A stretch of 31,089 nt of DNA, from IMG/VR virus record IMGVR_UViG_3300025022_000123, positions 1-31,089 of that record, one strand, 5' to 3'. Of the stretch, positions 17,273-26,775 are shown piece by piece. Position numbers and translations under genes: made by a program. Source of the DNA: a virus (taxonomy: Duplodnaviria; Caudoviricetes). How positions within the stretch are numbered: position 1 is the stretch's first letter; the number at the start of each line of letters is the position of its first letter. Below the pieces are notes generated by a model. That model worked only from the letters and a program-made list of their open reading frames with translations. It made no database searches and had not been told where the DNA came from.

Positions 17273-18358
17273 TTAAATAGTATATTTATAATAACTGTAT
17301 TCATAATATAATCTTAATTCATCGTTAATAGAAATATCTTGACTTAAATGTGATATGTCAAGTTCATTATTAAATAACATATAACCAAAATTATTATCAC
17401 ATTCTAAAGCTTGTTGTATAGGTAATCTATACGTTACAGCATCAAAGTCAAGATTATTATTAATTAATCTAGCACCTAAATATAATACATTATTAATTAC
17501 ACCAGTAGGAATATAAATAACTATACTAGTTGTATTATTTGTATGTATAGAACCTTTTAATACTTTAAATGAATTTACAATACCAGTTGGTGTATATAAT
17601 TCCCAATAAATATTAGTTGGGTTTGGCAATAAACTATTATCTACTTCTATATTAAGTGTATTACCTTGATAAAATATAGAGTTAATACCAACAACAGAAA
17701 TTTGTGAAAAGAATTTATGTTGAGACATAAAATGCATAAAATGATCTATAGTCATATATTTGTTTATAGGTAATATTTTATCTATTTTAGTTGGATCATA
17801 ATCCAATAAAAAACTATTTATAATATCACCAACAATATTAACTTGACCTATTGTTATAGCTCTTCTTATTCTTTCAAGTACATCTACTATTGGTTCAAAA
17901 CCATATACATCATCTAATAAATGTCTATGTATAGTAGGAGAAAATTCTACAGGTTTATTTAATACACTTGTCCAAGTAATAGGTCTATTATCTTGAATAA
18001 CTGTATTATACATGTCTGCAACAGCTTTATCATTAAATGCATATAATCCACCTAATGCTTGATAAGTTATATTTACAGAATTTGTAACTGCTAAATTTAT
18101 AATTAATATAACAGTAGATATTTCTTTACCATATAAAGATGTAGCTTCCTGATGAAGTTCTACTATTTGATAATCTGTACCTCGCACTAAGGTATTAACA
18201 CCATTAGTTACTATTAAACTTTCTGCAAAAAATGGTCCATAGTTACTTGCTATACTACGATATTTATTGCCAGATAAAGTATGTGGTTCATTTATAATTT
18301 TATTATTAACATTTAAGCCTGTTATATCAAGATCTAGTGTGAGTGGTAAGTATGGCAT
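17273..18358 (-). CDS. Virion structural protein, N-terminal domain paralogous to 10725-11942
   Basis: DITGLNVNNKIINEPH..YGPFFA..DY..YQALGG..W..V.NKP..HRH aligns by eye with the 10725 protein. Confidence 0.7.
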   Translation of the reverse strand: MPYLPLTLDLDITGLNVNNKIINEPHTLSGNKYRSIASNYGPFFAESLIVTNGVNTLVRGTDYQIVELHQEATSLYGKEISTVILIINLAVTNSVNITYQALGGLYAFNDKAVADMYNTVIQDNRPITWTSVLNKPVEFSPTIHRHLLDDVYGFEPIVDVLERIRRAITIGQVNIVGDIINSFLLDYDPTKIDKILPINKYMTIDHFMHFMSQHKFFSQISVVGINSIFYQGNTLNIEVDNSLLPNPTNIYWELYTPTGIVNSFKVLKGSIHTNNTTSIVIYIPTGVINNVLYLGARLINNNLDFDAVTYRLPIQQALECDNNFGYMLFNNELDISHLSQDISINDELRLYYEYSYYKYTI

Positions 18359-18359
18359 A

Positions 18360-18875
18360 TTATAGATTAGCTTTGTCTAGTTTAACTAAAACTGGTTCTA
18401 CACCAGCTAATAATATCATTTTATCAGAAAGTACTTTAGGATTAATACCAGATTCACTATCATCTATAAGCCCTATATTACTATAAAAATCTGCAGCTAA
18501 TTCAGAACAATAATAACTATTTTTATTATTACCTAATCTAAAAATGTATGTAAATAAATCAATTAAACTATATTGTATACCTAAACTATTAAAAAGAAAG
18601 TTATATTGTTTATTTGTTATATTTAAATTTAATGGTAAATGATAAAAATCTCTACTTGAACTAATAGGTATAAGTCTAACAACTGGAACTTGTGCTTCTA
18701 AAATCATATATCTATCACCTAATACAATAGCTATACCTACATGTGAATATTTTGTATGTAATATTTTTTGAATTAATATCATAAATAAACTTAAAAAAGA
18801 GGTTACTCTAGATGTATTCCATAGTAGTAAATCTCCAGTTTGTATATTTTGTTTATATTCAGAGTAATTATGCAT
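18360..18875 (-). CDS. Permuted papain-like NlpC/P60 amidase (YiiX/YebB family)
   Basis: GDLLL, YSHVGI (His), Y..., YCSELA (Cys) in permuted order. Confidence 0.85.
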   Translation of the reverse strand: MHNYSEYKQNIQTGDLLLWNTSRVTSFLSLFMILIQKILHTKYSHVGIAIVLGDRYMILEAQVPVVRLIPISSSRDFYHLPLNLNITNKQYNFLFNSLGIQYSLIDLFTYIFRLGNNKNSYYCSELAADFYSNIGLIDDSESGINPKVLSDKMILLAGVEPVLVKLDKANL

Positions 18876-18955
18876 TAGTTTTTCCTTATAAAAAGTTGTT
18901 TTTTCTAAAGCTTATATTTAAAATGTCAAAATATTATAAAATTTGGAGGTATATT

Positions 18956-19657
18956 ATGTTCAAAAAGTTATTTCTTGTATTATGTATATTAATGTTTACT
19001 AATAATGTTTATTGTGTAAATGTTAATACTTATATACCATCTAAAGCTTTTAGTTATAAAGATATAATTAAAACAGAAGTAAATATATATTTTAAAAATA
19101 TATATGATATTAATTATATACCTTCTTTAATAGAACAAGAAAGTTGTATATCTTTAACTCATAGTAGGTGTTGGTCTCCTACTAGTAGATTAAAAACTTC
19201 AAGAGAAGAAGGAGCTGGTTTAGGACAAATAACAAGAGCTTATAATAAAAATGGTAGTTTAAGATTTGATAAATTAAAAGAATTAAGAGATTCTAATAAA
19301 CAAGCTTTAAAAGATATGTACTGGGATACTATTTATCAAAGACCAGATCTGCAAATAAGAGCAATACTAATATTATTAAAATCTGATTATAATAGAATTA
19401 ATAATAATAATAAGTTAGAACGATTAAAAATGACAGATGCAGCATATAATGGTGGTGTAGGTGGATTATTAAAAGAACAAAGAGTGTGTGGTATAGCTGC
19501 TAATTGTGATCCTAATATATGGTTTAAAAATGTAGAATTATATTGTTTAAAAAGTAAAAAAAGTTTATATGGTTCTAGATCAGCATGTGATATAAATAGA
19601 GAACACACTTCTACTGTATTTAAAATAAGGTTACCAAAGTACAATAAGTTTTATTAA
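18956..19657 (+). CDS. Lytic transglycosylase (SLT-like) with N-terminal signal peptide; candidate endolysin
   Basis: IEQES catalytic Glu, GLGQIT, AAYNGG; MFKKLFLVLCILMF leader; RBS GGAGG before ATG 18956. Confidence 0.85.
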   Translation: MFKKLFLVLCILMFTNNVYCVNVNTYIPSKAFSYKDIIKTEVNIYFKNIYDINYIPSLIEQESCISLTHSRCWSPTSRLKTSREEGAGLGQITRAYNKNGSLRFDKLKELRDSNKQALKDMYWDTIYQRPDLQIRAILILLKSDYNRINNNNKLERLKMTDAAYNGGVGGLLKEQRVCGIAANCDPNIWFKNVELYCLKSKKSLYGSRSACDINREHTSTVFKIRLPKYNKFY

Positions 19658-19684
19658 AGTGTAATGGTTATTTTTGTATGCATT

Positions 19685-19791
19685 TGATTTTATTTCAGTT
19701 ACATATATATAATATGTACTAACTTATGTATTACACCTAACATATCGTTTAGGTGATATGTAGGTTAATCTTTCTAAGGAGAATCAAAATG
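19685..19791 (+). promoter_or_regulatory. Conserved leader repeat, copy 5 (dispersed)
   Basis: Nearly identical to copy 4 up to the ATG, and preceded by the right arm of the cassette terminator. Confidence 0.8.
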
Positions 19792-20268
19792 GCTATTGCA
19801 ATTTTAACAGTAGGTGTATCTGGTTGTGGAAAAAGCACAATATGTAAAAAATTATTTTCCAGCACAGTTTACAATCATCTTGAAAGAGATGCTATCAGGA
19901 TAGAACTGATGGGAGGTATTAACAATTTTTGTTGGGAAAAATGGGACTTCAATCGTGAGAGTGAAGTTACAGAAATTTATCAAAAGAAACTTCATTCCAT
20001 AATTGAAAGGAATGAAAACATGTGTTTATCCGATACTTGGTTAAATCCAAAGTTTAGGACAGAGATGTTTCAGCACTTAAAGGATGCTGGATACGCTATA
20101 AAAGTTATGTTTATAGACACTCCAGTAGAAGAGTGTCTTGAGCGTAACAGAAAAAGAGGTAACCTGATGGTAAAAGAAAAAATTATTCTGAAAATGAAAG
20201 GTTATGCACAACAGTATAATGTAATTAAGGAAGAAGAATCGGAACAATATGGGTATGAGTTATTATAA
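19789..20268 (+). CDS. P-loop kinase, polynucleotide-kinase-like (AAA_33), kinase domain only
   Basis: Walker A GVSGCGKST, ERDAIR, SDTWLN..R, TPVEECLERNRKRG lid; RBS AAGGAG. Confidence 0.85.
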   Translation: MAIAILTVGVSGCGKSTICKKLFSSTVYNHLERDAIRIELMGGINNFCWEKWDFNRESEVTEIYQKKLHSIIERNENMCLSDTWLNPKFRTEMFQHLKDAGYAIKVMFIDTPVEECLERNRKRGNLMVKEKIILKMKGYAQQYNVIKEEESEQYGYELL

Positions 20269-20277
20269 CTCACACCC

Positions 20278-20315
20278 ATCCTACTAAGAGTATATTTCTT
20301 AGTAGGATTTTTTTT
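20278..20315 (+). terminator. Rho-independent terminator
   Basis: ATCCTACTAAGA-GTATATT-TCTTAGTAGGAT + T run. Confidence 0.85.
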
Positions 20316-20359
20316 CTTTTTTTCTAACCATTTTTTGATACATTAAAAAGGTTACTAAA

Positions 20360-21043
20360 ATGAAAAGAGATAAAAAGTTTATAAGTGAAAATTTAATAAT
20401 TAAAGATAATAAAATATTAACTAAAGTAACAACAATTATTGAATTCCCTAAAAGATTTTTAGATACTGATTTAGCTGTTATTGATAAAAGAACATATGTA
20501 TATGGTATATTTGCTATTATTATAGGTGAAAAATATTCTGTATCAGTTATACCAGCTTATATAGAAACCAAACCTTTATTTATTAAAGAATCTGTAAAAG
20601 ATGGTACAGAATATGTTCAATTTTATTATGGACCTAATATGACCTTAATAGAAAGTACTGAAATTATAAGAAATAAAGTTCTTACTTATAATATTTTAAA
20701 TGAATTCTATTTAAAATCTAACATTCCATGGTATATAGAATATACAGATTTAAATTCTATATTAGGTAATATGAAAACATATGCTGATAGTGATATTGGT
20801 GCAAGTTCACTTACTAATGAAATTATAACTAGTTATATAACTAGAAATTATAATGATAAAAAAATATATCATAGACTAAAAATAGATGAAAAATATGAAT
20901 ATGTTTCTTTAGATGATCTACAATATGCAGCTATAGGTACATTAAATAAAATAGCTGGTGCTTATTTTAGAGAAGGTTTAACTAGTGCATTAGTTATAAA
21001 AGAAAAGAGCCCTACCAAATTAGAAGATTTAGCTAGAAGATAA
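20360..21043 (+). CDS. Conserved phiKZ-related hypothetical/virion protein (possibly gp176-like)
   Basis: 227-aa ORF; MKRD..., YGIFAII, KIAGAYF.EGLTSAL resemble a recalled jumbo-phage core family. Confidence 0.5.
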   Translation: MKRDKKFISENLIIKDNKILTKVTTIIEFPKRFLDTDLAVIDKRTYVYGIFAIIIGEKYSVSVIPAYIETKPLFIKESVKDGTEYVQFYYGPNMTLIESTEIIRNKVLTYNILNEFYLKSNIPWYIEYTDLNSILGNMKTYADSDIGASSLTNEIITSYITRNYNDKKIYHRLKIDEKYEYVSLDDLQYAAIGTLNKIAGAYFREGLTSALVIKEKSPTKLEDLARR

Positions 21044-21049
21044 TAAATA

Positions 21050-21082
21050 GTAACCTAACTGTTTTAAAAACAGTTAGGTTAC
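21050..21082 (+). terminator. Inverted repeat, probable terminator
   Basis: GTAACCTAACTGTTTT-A-AAAACAGTTAGGTTAC. Confidence 0.7.
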
Positions 21083-21127
21083 ATTGTTATTTTTTTAAAT
21101 ATTCTGAATTATTTAAAGGAGCTTACA

Positions 21128-22771
21128 ATGCCAACAACAATTGGATTACCTGGTAATCCTATATATAACGCAACAGCACCATGGACAACATGGTCAATAC
21201 ATGAAATATATAATGGTTCTATAGGTCCTAATAAATATATACCTAAAATTAATGATTACATAATAGAACCAGAAACTGGAACTATGTATATAGTAACTAG
21301 TTTAGACCCTATAACATTTATACCATCTTATAGCCCAATAAATACATCAGCAACTAATCAACAAATTTTTATAGATGCATTAGTAACACCTTTAGATGAT
21401 AATTATAGATTATATTACGATAAAACAACTACTCCATTTACTTTAAAAGTAGATTCACTAGCTAAAGTATATTCATCTACTTCTTCCTATTCTAGAATAT
21501 ATAAAGGTTATTCTATAGACCCTACTAATATAATTTCTAGGATGTATGATAACACTGGTAATTATATTGGTAGTGATGTTCCTTTAGAGTTAGTAGGGTA
21601 TAATAATGTAAATAATTTATCCATTAAATCTATAGCTACATGTTCTACTAACTCTATTTTGGTGAATGGCGATATAGCTATAGCTGTTATTTATGATTCT
21701 AATGGTAAAGTATTATCTAAAAGAACTCTTATAGTTGAAGAAACTACATATGTAGCACAAGCATTTGCAGAACAAAAATATATAACTAATATTTCAATTG
21801 AGTCTTCATTTATAGCTATAAATACACCGTCTATAATAGATTACCCAGTTAATTTACCATTAGAATCTTTTAATCCTTTAGGTGTTGTGCATTATAATGA
21901 TGGTACAATAGCAAGATATCCAATAGATAATATTAAATTTTCTTTATATGGTATAGAAAGATTTACTTCCACTATTATTGGGCATAAAGTTCCTTTAGTA
22001 TTAAGTTATAAATTAGGTTTAAATGAATCAGCTATAGCTAACGTAACATCTGACGGTGTTTATGTTACAGTACCTTATACATTGCAAGTATCATTACCTA
22101 ATACTAGTTACAATGTTAAATTATATGTATATCCTGTCTGGGTTGATCAAGTAAATGGCTATAAATATAAAGCATATTTAATGAATTTAGATAGAAATAT
22201 TTTAATAGATGTATCTACTAAATTATCATTAACAGCAACATCACCAGCATTTAATCCTTTACTATATGGTGTTACACAAAGATTAACTTTTTCAATAGAA
22301 CTTAGTTCTGTATCTGGTTTATATAATTATTTTATTTATTATCAAACTGTTGATATAATTTTGAGATCTCCTGGTGATAATATTATTTCAACTAACTTTT
22401 GGGAAATTGGTAATCAAATACCAACTACTACTCCAATATATGGAACAAATATAACTGCTAAAAGAAATAACACATTTACTTCTAATGTAAATATATCGAA
22501 TAATATAACTAATTTATCTGAATGGTTAACTAAAGTTTATTTACCCACTAATCCTTTAGTTAATCCTTTAACTGAGATAGATCCTTTAATACCTACACAT
22601 TTAGAAGTTCATTATCTAAATAATGTTATAATTATACCTATAGAAGATTTTATACTTGATATAAATTTTCCTGTTACTATATCATTAAGCTCTAATATAG
22701 ATATTGTATTCTTTAAAATAACATCTTCTGGTTATTTAAAATTATCTGTTGCGTCAATGATTGTAAATTAA
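21128..22771 (+). CDS. Virion structural (baseplate) protein, phiKZ gp26-like
   Basis: 547 aa, beta-rich, WSIHEIY.G..G.NKYIP start; synteny with the sheath/tube block. Confidence 0.65.
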   Translation: MPTTIGLPGNPIYNATAPWTTWSIHEIYNGSIGPNKYIPKINDYIIEPETGTMYIVTSLDPITFIPSYSPINTSATNQQIFIDALVTPLDDNYRLYYDKTTTPFTLKVDSLAKVYSSTSSYSRIYKGYSIDPTNIISRMYDNTGNYIGSDVPLELVGYNNVNNLSIKSIATCSTNSILVNGDIAIAVIYDSNGKVLSKRTLIVEETTYVAQAFAEQKYITNISIESSFIAINTPSIIDYPVNLPLESFNPLGVVHYNDGTIARYPIDNIKFSLYGIERFTSTIIGHKVPLVLSYKLGLNESAIANVTSDGVYVTVPYTLQVSLPNTSYNVKLYVYPVWVDQVNGYKYKAYLMNLDRNILIDVSTKLSLTATSPAFNPLLYGVTQRLTFSIELSSVSGLYNYFIYYQTVDIILRSPGDNIISTNFWEIGNQIPTTTPIYGTNITAKRNNTFTSNVNISNNITNLSEWLTKVYLPTNPLVNPLTEIDPLIPTHLEVHYLNNVIIIPIEDFILDINFPVTISLSSNIDIVFFKITSSGYLKLSVASMIVN

Positions 22772-22782
22772 AAGGAATAAAA

Positions 22783-23154
22783 ATGCTAAATAAAATAATA
22801 AATTTTGTAAAAACTTATATCTATAATATCTGTATTGTAAAAGCAAACTTAATAGATAAATATGATCAACCTAATATATTAAATACAAAAACTTTTTCTA
22901 CTATAATATTAGATACTAATAAAGGTACTTTTGTATTTACTTTTAAAGAAGATAGAAGAGCTACTAAAAGTATATTTAGAAAATTCATTGTTGAAATTAA
23001 TGTACCAGCAGGTCTTAGTAGTGATATAATAAGTTTGAATACTAAAATATTTATAGCTATAAAATTAATTATTATGTCAGTTGATTATACATTATTAACT
23101 AAAATATTATATAATAGATATTTAAAGGAAGCTATTAAAAAGTTTGAAAAATAA
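22783..23154 (+). CDS. Hypothetical protein (123 aa)
   Basis: ORF with RBS AAGGA directly after the previous gene. Confidence 0.65.
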   Translation: MLNKIINFVKTYIYNICIVKANLIDKYDQPNILNTKTFSTIILDTNKGTFVFTFKEDRRATKSIFRKFIVEINVPAGLSSDIISLNTKIFIAIKLIIMSVDYTLLTKILYNRYLKEAIKKFEK

Positions 23155-23161
23155 TAAATAA

Positions 23162-23200
23162 ATAACAACCTTACTGCCTAATAAGCAGTAAGGTTGTTAT
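23162..23200. terminator. Bidirectional terminator between convergent genes
   Basis: ATAACAACCTTACTGC-CTAATAA-GCAGTAAGGTTGTTAT. Confidence 0.8.
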
Positions 23201-23205
23201 AATAT

Positions 23206-25755
23206 TTAAATAATATTAAATTTTCCATTAAGTATTATTTTGTCACCAAGTATTCTATTGACATTAACTATAAATCTATATTGAAATAAATTTAAAGTTG
23301 TTATTATGTTATGTATATTAGGATGTATTTCTATAATACTTGTATCTATAGTTTGTTTTACTACATCAATTAATAATAAATCTTTATAATATGTATCTAA
23401 TAAAGTTATTATAGTACCATCATCATAAGGGTTAGTATAAACAGATGCAGCTATAGTACCATTTAATATATCAGCTATTATTTTACTTATTACAGAACTA
23501 TAAACAACATATTTAGTTTGTATTGAGTTAGCTAATGGTAATTCAGGTGGATATATTAAAGTAAAGAAATTACTTATTCTTTTATTTTTAATATTACTTG
23601 CGTTATAATAACTAAGTGTATCTAATCCTGTAACTTGTTTAATACTTACAAATGGTTCAGAAATACTATATGGTAATCCATTTAATGAATCAGTAGTTCT
23701 AACTATGTTATCAACTTCGGCATAGAGCACGTTATTACGGTCATAGAAGCGACCGTTTATGAACACGCTATAGATTCTATCATCTCGTATGTCAAACTTG
23801 TTATTTCGCCCTAAAACACCGCTATTGATAAATCCATTTATTTCTAAATCATTTATAACATTTAAATTAAATCCGTAAGCTCTAATATGTATATTTTGTA
23901 TATTTGTTGCATTTAGATATTCTTTATTACAAATAGATACATATGGGTAATTTAAATAATAATCTATATCTTTAACTAATCTGTAACCATTTAAATATAT
24001 ATCTAAATTACTATATATCATTTCTGCATTATCAGTAACAACCACTTGATTAACAATATGATTAATTGTTATTGGAAAATATATATTACCATTACTTATA
24101 TCATATGTTATATCTTTAATGTTAGGTTCATTTAAATATACTATCATTATTTGTTTTCCAGTTATTTCATTAACTGATACAGTTGTAGCTGTTCTTGTAA
24201 CTAATGTAGTATTTGTTATATCAACCCAATTAGTTATTCTTACATTATTATAAAAATCTGCACTTAATATAATATAATCATCATACTTAGTTGTTATAGT
24301 GGTTACATTAGGGTAAAGATTATCATAACTAATAGGAGTTTGTCCTTTTATAAATTCTACATAATTTGCTGTTTGATTTATTATTAAATAAACAGGTCCA
24401 CTAGTTGGATAATATCCTAACATTACCCCTGTAGCATCATATTCATATGCATAACTAGGTTCAGTATATAAATCAGGTACAGGTATAGATAATCTTGTAT
24501 TTACTATAGTTGTATTATAACCAAAATAATAAGTAATAGAATTATATCCTAGAGCATTAGTACATAATTCTTTAGTTAAATTAAAGAAATTAGGTGAACT
24601 AGCAATTTTAAAATAATCACTATTTTCTAATGTTTCAACTCTATAATCTAATATAGAAGTATTAGTACCATTTAATACATTTAATTGAGTAACTGGTGGT
24701 AATTTATATAACTCATGTAATTTTAAATCACTATAAACTAAATTTCTATTTAAACCAGATTTTCTACTATAAACTAAAATACTTTTATCTGTTATAGTAC
24801 CGCCATTTATAGAAGTTATTATATTAGCTAAATTGTTTATATAAACAGAATTTAAACCATAATCTTTATCAGTTACCATAGTTATAGTATCTGGATTATG
24901 TCTATAGTAATAAACACCATTATTATTAAGATTACTTGTAGTAACATATATATCTACGTCATCAAAATACTCTAAACCAGGTAATACTTTAGTTCTATTT
25001 AGTAAATACATAGATTTATTATGCAACAATGAAGTATATTGTCTTAAAGTGGATATAGGTATATATTGTTTTGATAATAGGCTTTGGTCATATATTACTT
25101 CTACATAACTATAATTAGGTATCAATAATGTCATCTTGTCATATATATAACCATTAACAAAAACAGTACATAAACCACCATTTGTTTCTTTTGTTATTAT
25201 CCAATTTTGTATAGCAGCTTTATCAGTATTAGTAATAATATTCATAGATATATAATCTATACCTATAGCAATTGGTAGTAATCCATATTCAATAGTATTA
25301 AAATATGCATTACTATAAAACCTAATATATTTATTAGTTACATTATTAAAATTAGCTATAATATTTGCATCATACATTGTAGCTATTATAATGCTTGATT
25401 CATTAATAAAACTGTAATAAATTTTATTTCTTGGAAACATAACACCATTATCATCATATATTTGCATGATATAATTTCTAGCCACCATATCAGTGGCTGC
25501 ATTAATCCAAACATCTTTATACCATTCTATATTTTGTCTTAATAGATTAATATAATTAGGTGATAAATTACCTATAATATAAACATTATATTTATTTACA
25601 AGATCTGGCAATTGTTTAGATGTATTATAAATAGATACATTTTTTATAACTGGTTCATTATTTACTTTCTTTAGTGAAAAAGTATATTGTTTATCTTGTT
25701 TACTGGCAGAATAAATATTATTAAGGCAAAATTTAACTACAGGTAAAGTTAACAT
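23206..25755 (-). CDS. Virion structural protein, phiKZ gp27-like
   Basis: 849 aa; position and size in the gp26-gp30 block; GVLGRNNKFDIRDDR segment. Confidence 0.65.
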   Translation of the reverse strand: MLTLPVVKFCLNNIYSASKQDKQYTFSLKKVNNEPVIKNVSIYNTSKQLPDLVNKYNVYIIGNLSPNYINLLRQNIEWYKDVWINAATDMVARNYIMQIYDDNGVMFPRNKIYYSFINESSIIIATMYDANIIANFNNVTNKYIRFYSNAYFNTIEYGLLPIAIGIDYISMNIITNTDKAAIQNWIITKETNGGLCTVFVNGYIYDKMTLLIPNYSYVEVIYDQSLLSKQYIPISTLRQYTSLLHNKSMYLLNRTKVLPGLEYFDDVDIYVTTSNLNNNGVYYYRHNPDTITMVTDKDYGLNSVYINNLANIITSINGGTITDKSILVYSRKSGLNRNLVYSDLKLHELYKLPPVTQLNVLNGTNTSILDYRVETLENSDYFKIASSPNFFNLTKELCTNALGYNSITYYFGYNTTIVNTRLSIPVPDLYTEPSYAYEYDATGVMLGYYPTSGPVYLIINQTANYVEFIKGQTPISYDNLYPNVTTITTKYDDYIILSADFYNNVRITNWVDITNTTLVTRTATTVSVNEITGKQIMIVYLNEPNIKDITYDISNGNIYFPITINHIVNQVVVTDNAEMIYSNLDIYLNGYRLVKDIDYYLNYPYVSICNKEYLNATNIQNIHIRAYGFNLNVINDLEINGFINSGVLGRNNKFDIRDDRIYSVFINGRFYDRNNVLYAEVDNIVRTTDSLNGLPYSISEPFVSIKQVTGLDTLSYYNASNIKNKRISNFFTLIYPPELPLANSIQTKYVVYSSVISKIIADILNGTIAASVYTNPYDDGTIITLLDTYYKDLLLIDVVKQTIDTSIIEIHPNIHNIITTLNLFQYRFIVNVNRILGDKIILNGKFNII

Positions 25756-25758
25756 ATA

Positions 25759-26700
25759 TTATTTATCCATATATGAATCTATTATAGTATCATACTGAGT
25801 TACAAATTCATCACCTTTACCACGTTTACTTATTTTATTTATAATTTGTGCTAAGAAACTTTTATTAAAACTCTTATTAACAAGAGAATTATACACTAAT
25901 GAAATCCAAATAGGTGGGTATTCTAAACTAGCTAATATATTTTCTTTACTATTTAAACCATACCAATTATTTCCTAATATAGAACTTAATACTGGTGCAG
26001 AAAAGCCTTTAAGTCTTACGTTATTAGTTACCTCATAACAACTAGTGCAAAATGAATTTATATCAGAAAGTTTATTACCAACTTTTTCATAAATTTCATA
26101 TACAACTTTTTCGTCTAATATAAATTCTGCTTTGAATTTAATAATTAATTTATCAATATCATCTTTTTCTAACTTATTAACAAATAAACTATTATAGTAC
26201 ATTAATGATAATATTTTAATCATGTAACTACTATTTAAATCTAACCCAAATCTTTTACTTAAATTATCTGATAACCAAGTAGAAAAAGCTAAATGTGCAA
26301 ATTTAAGATCTTTTATCTCTTTATATTTTTCTACATACCATACATTACTTAAGATAAATTTATCTATTTGTAATTGTAATTGATACGATGTAACATCTTC
26401 TATAGTGTAATTATTTTTATCAATTTTAATAAATTGTCTAATGTCTAATGCAGACCATTTTTCTTTTTGGTTAAATATAGTTTGGCTAAAGTTAGGTAAT
26501 TCACTTTCAGTAGTAGTTAAACCATATAGTATTATAGGTTTAATGTATATATCATTATTACTAAAATCTTTTATTTTTACACTAGATTTTGTTGTTATAT
26601 ATGGATAATCTATAACACCATATTCAGAAATAGTTGCAAAAGCTTTACTTATATCTATGGTTTGTAGATAAGTAGTGTTGTAAGGAGTAACAAATATCAT
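25759..26700 (-). CDS. Virion structural protein, phiKZ gp28-like
   Basis: 313 aa, divergent from the sheath gene; TPYNTT start, LEYPP.W motif. Confidence 0.6.
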   Translation of the reverse strand: MIFVTPYNTTYLQTIDISKAFATISEYGVIDYPYITTKSSVKIKDFSNNDIYIKPIILYGLTTTESELPNFSQTIFNQKEKWSALDIRQFIKIDKNNYTIEDVTSYQLQLQIDKFILSNVWYVEKYKEIKDLKFAHLAFSTWLSDNLSKRFGLDLNSSYMIKILSLMYYNSLFVNKLEKDDIDKLIIKFKAEFILDEKVVYEIYEKVGNKLSDINSFCTSCYEVTNNVRLKGFSAPVLSSILGNNWYGLNSKENILASLEYPPIWISLVYNSLVNKSFNKSFLAQIINKISKRGKGDEFVTQYDTIIDSYMDK

Positions 26701-26775
26701 TTTAAGTCCTTTGTTTAACAGTAGATAATTTGATTTTAAATCACAAAATTGTTTTTTTAATTAGGAGAAATACAC

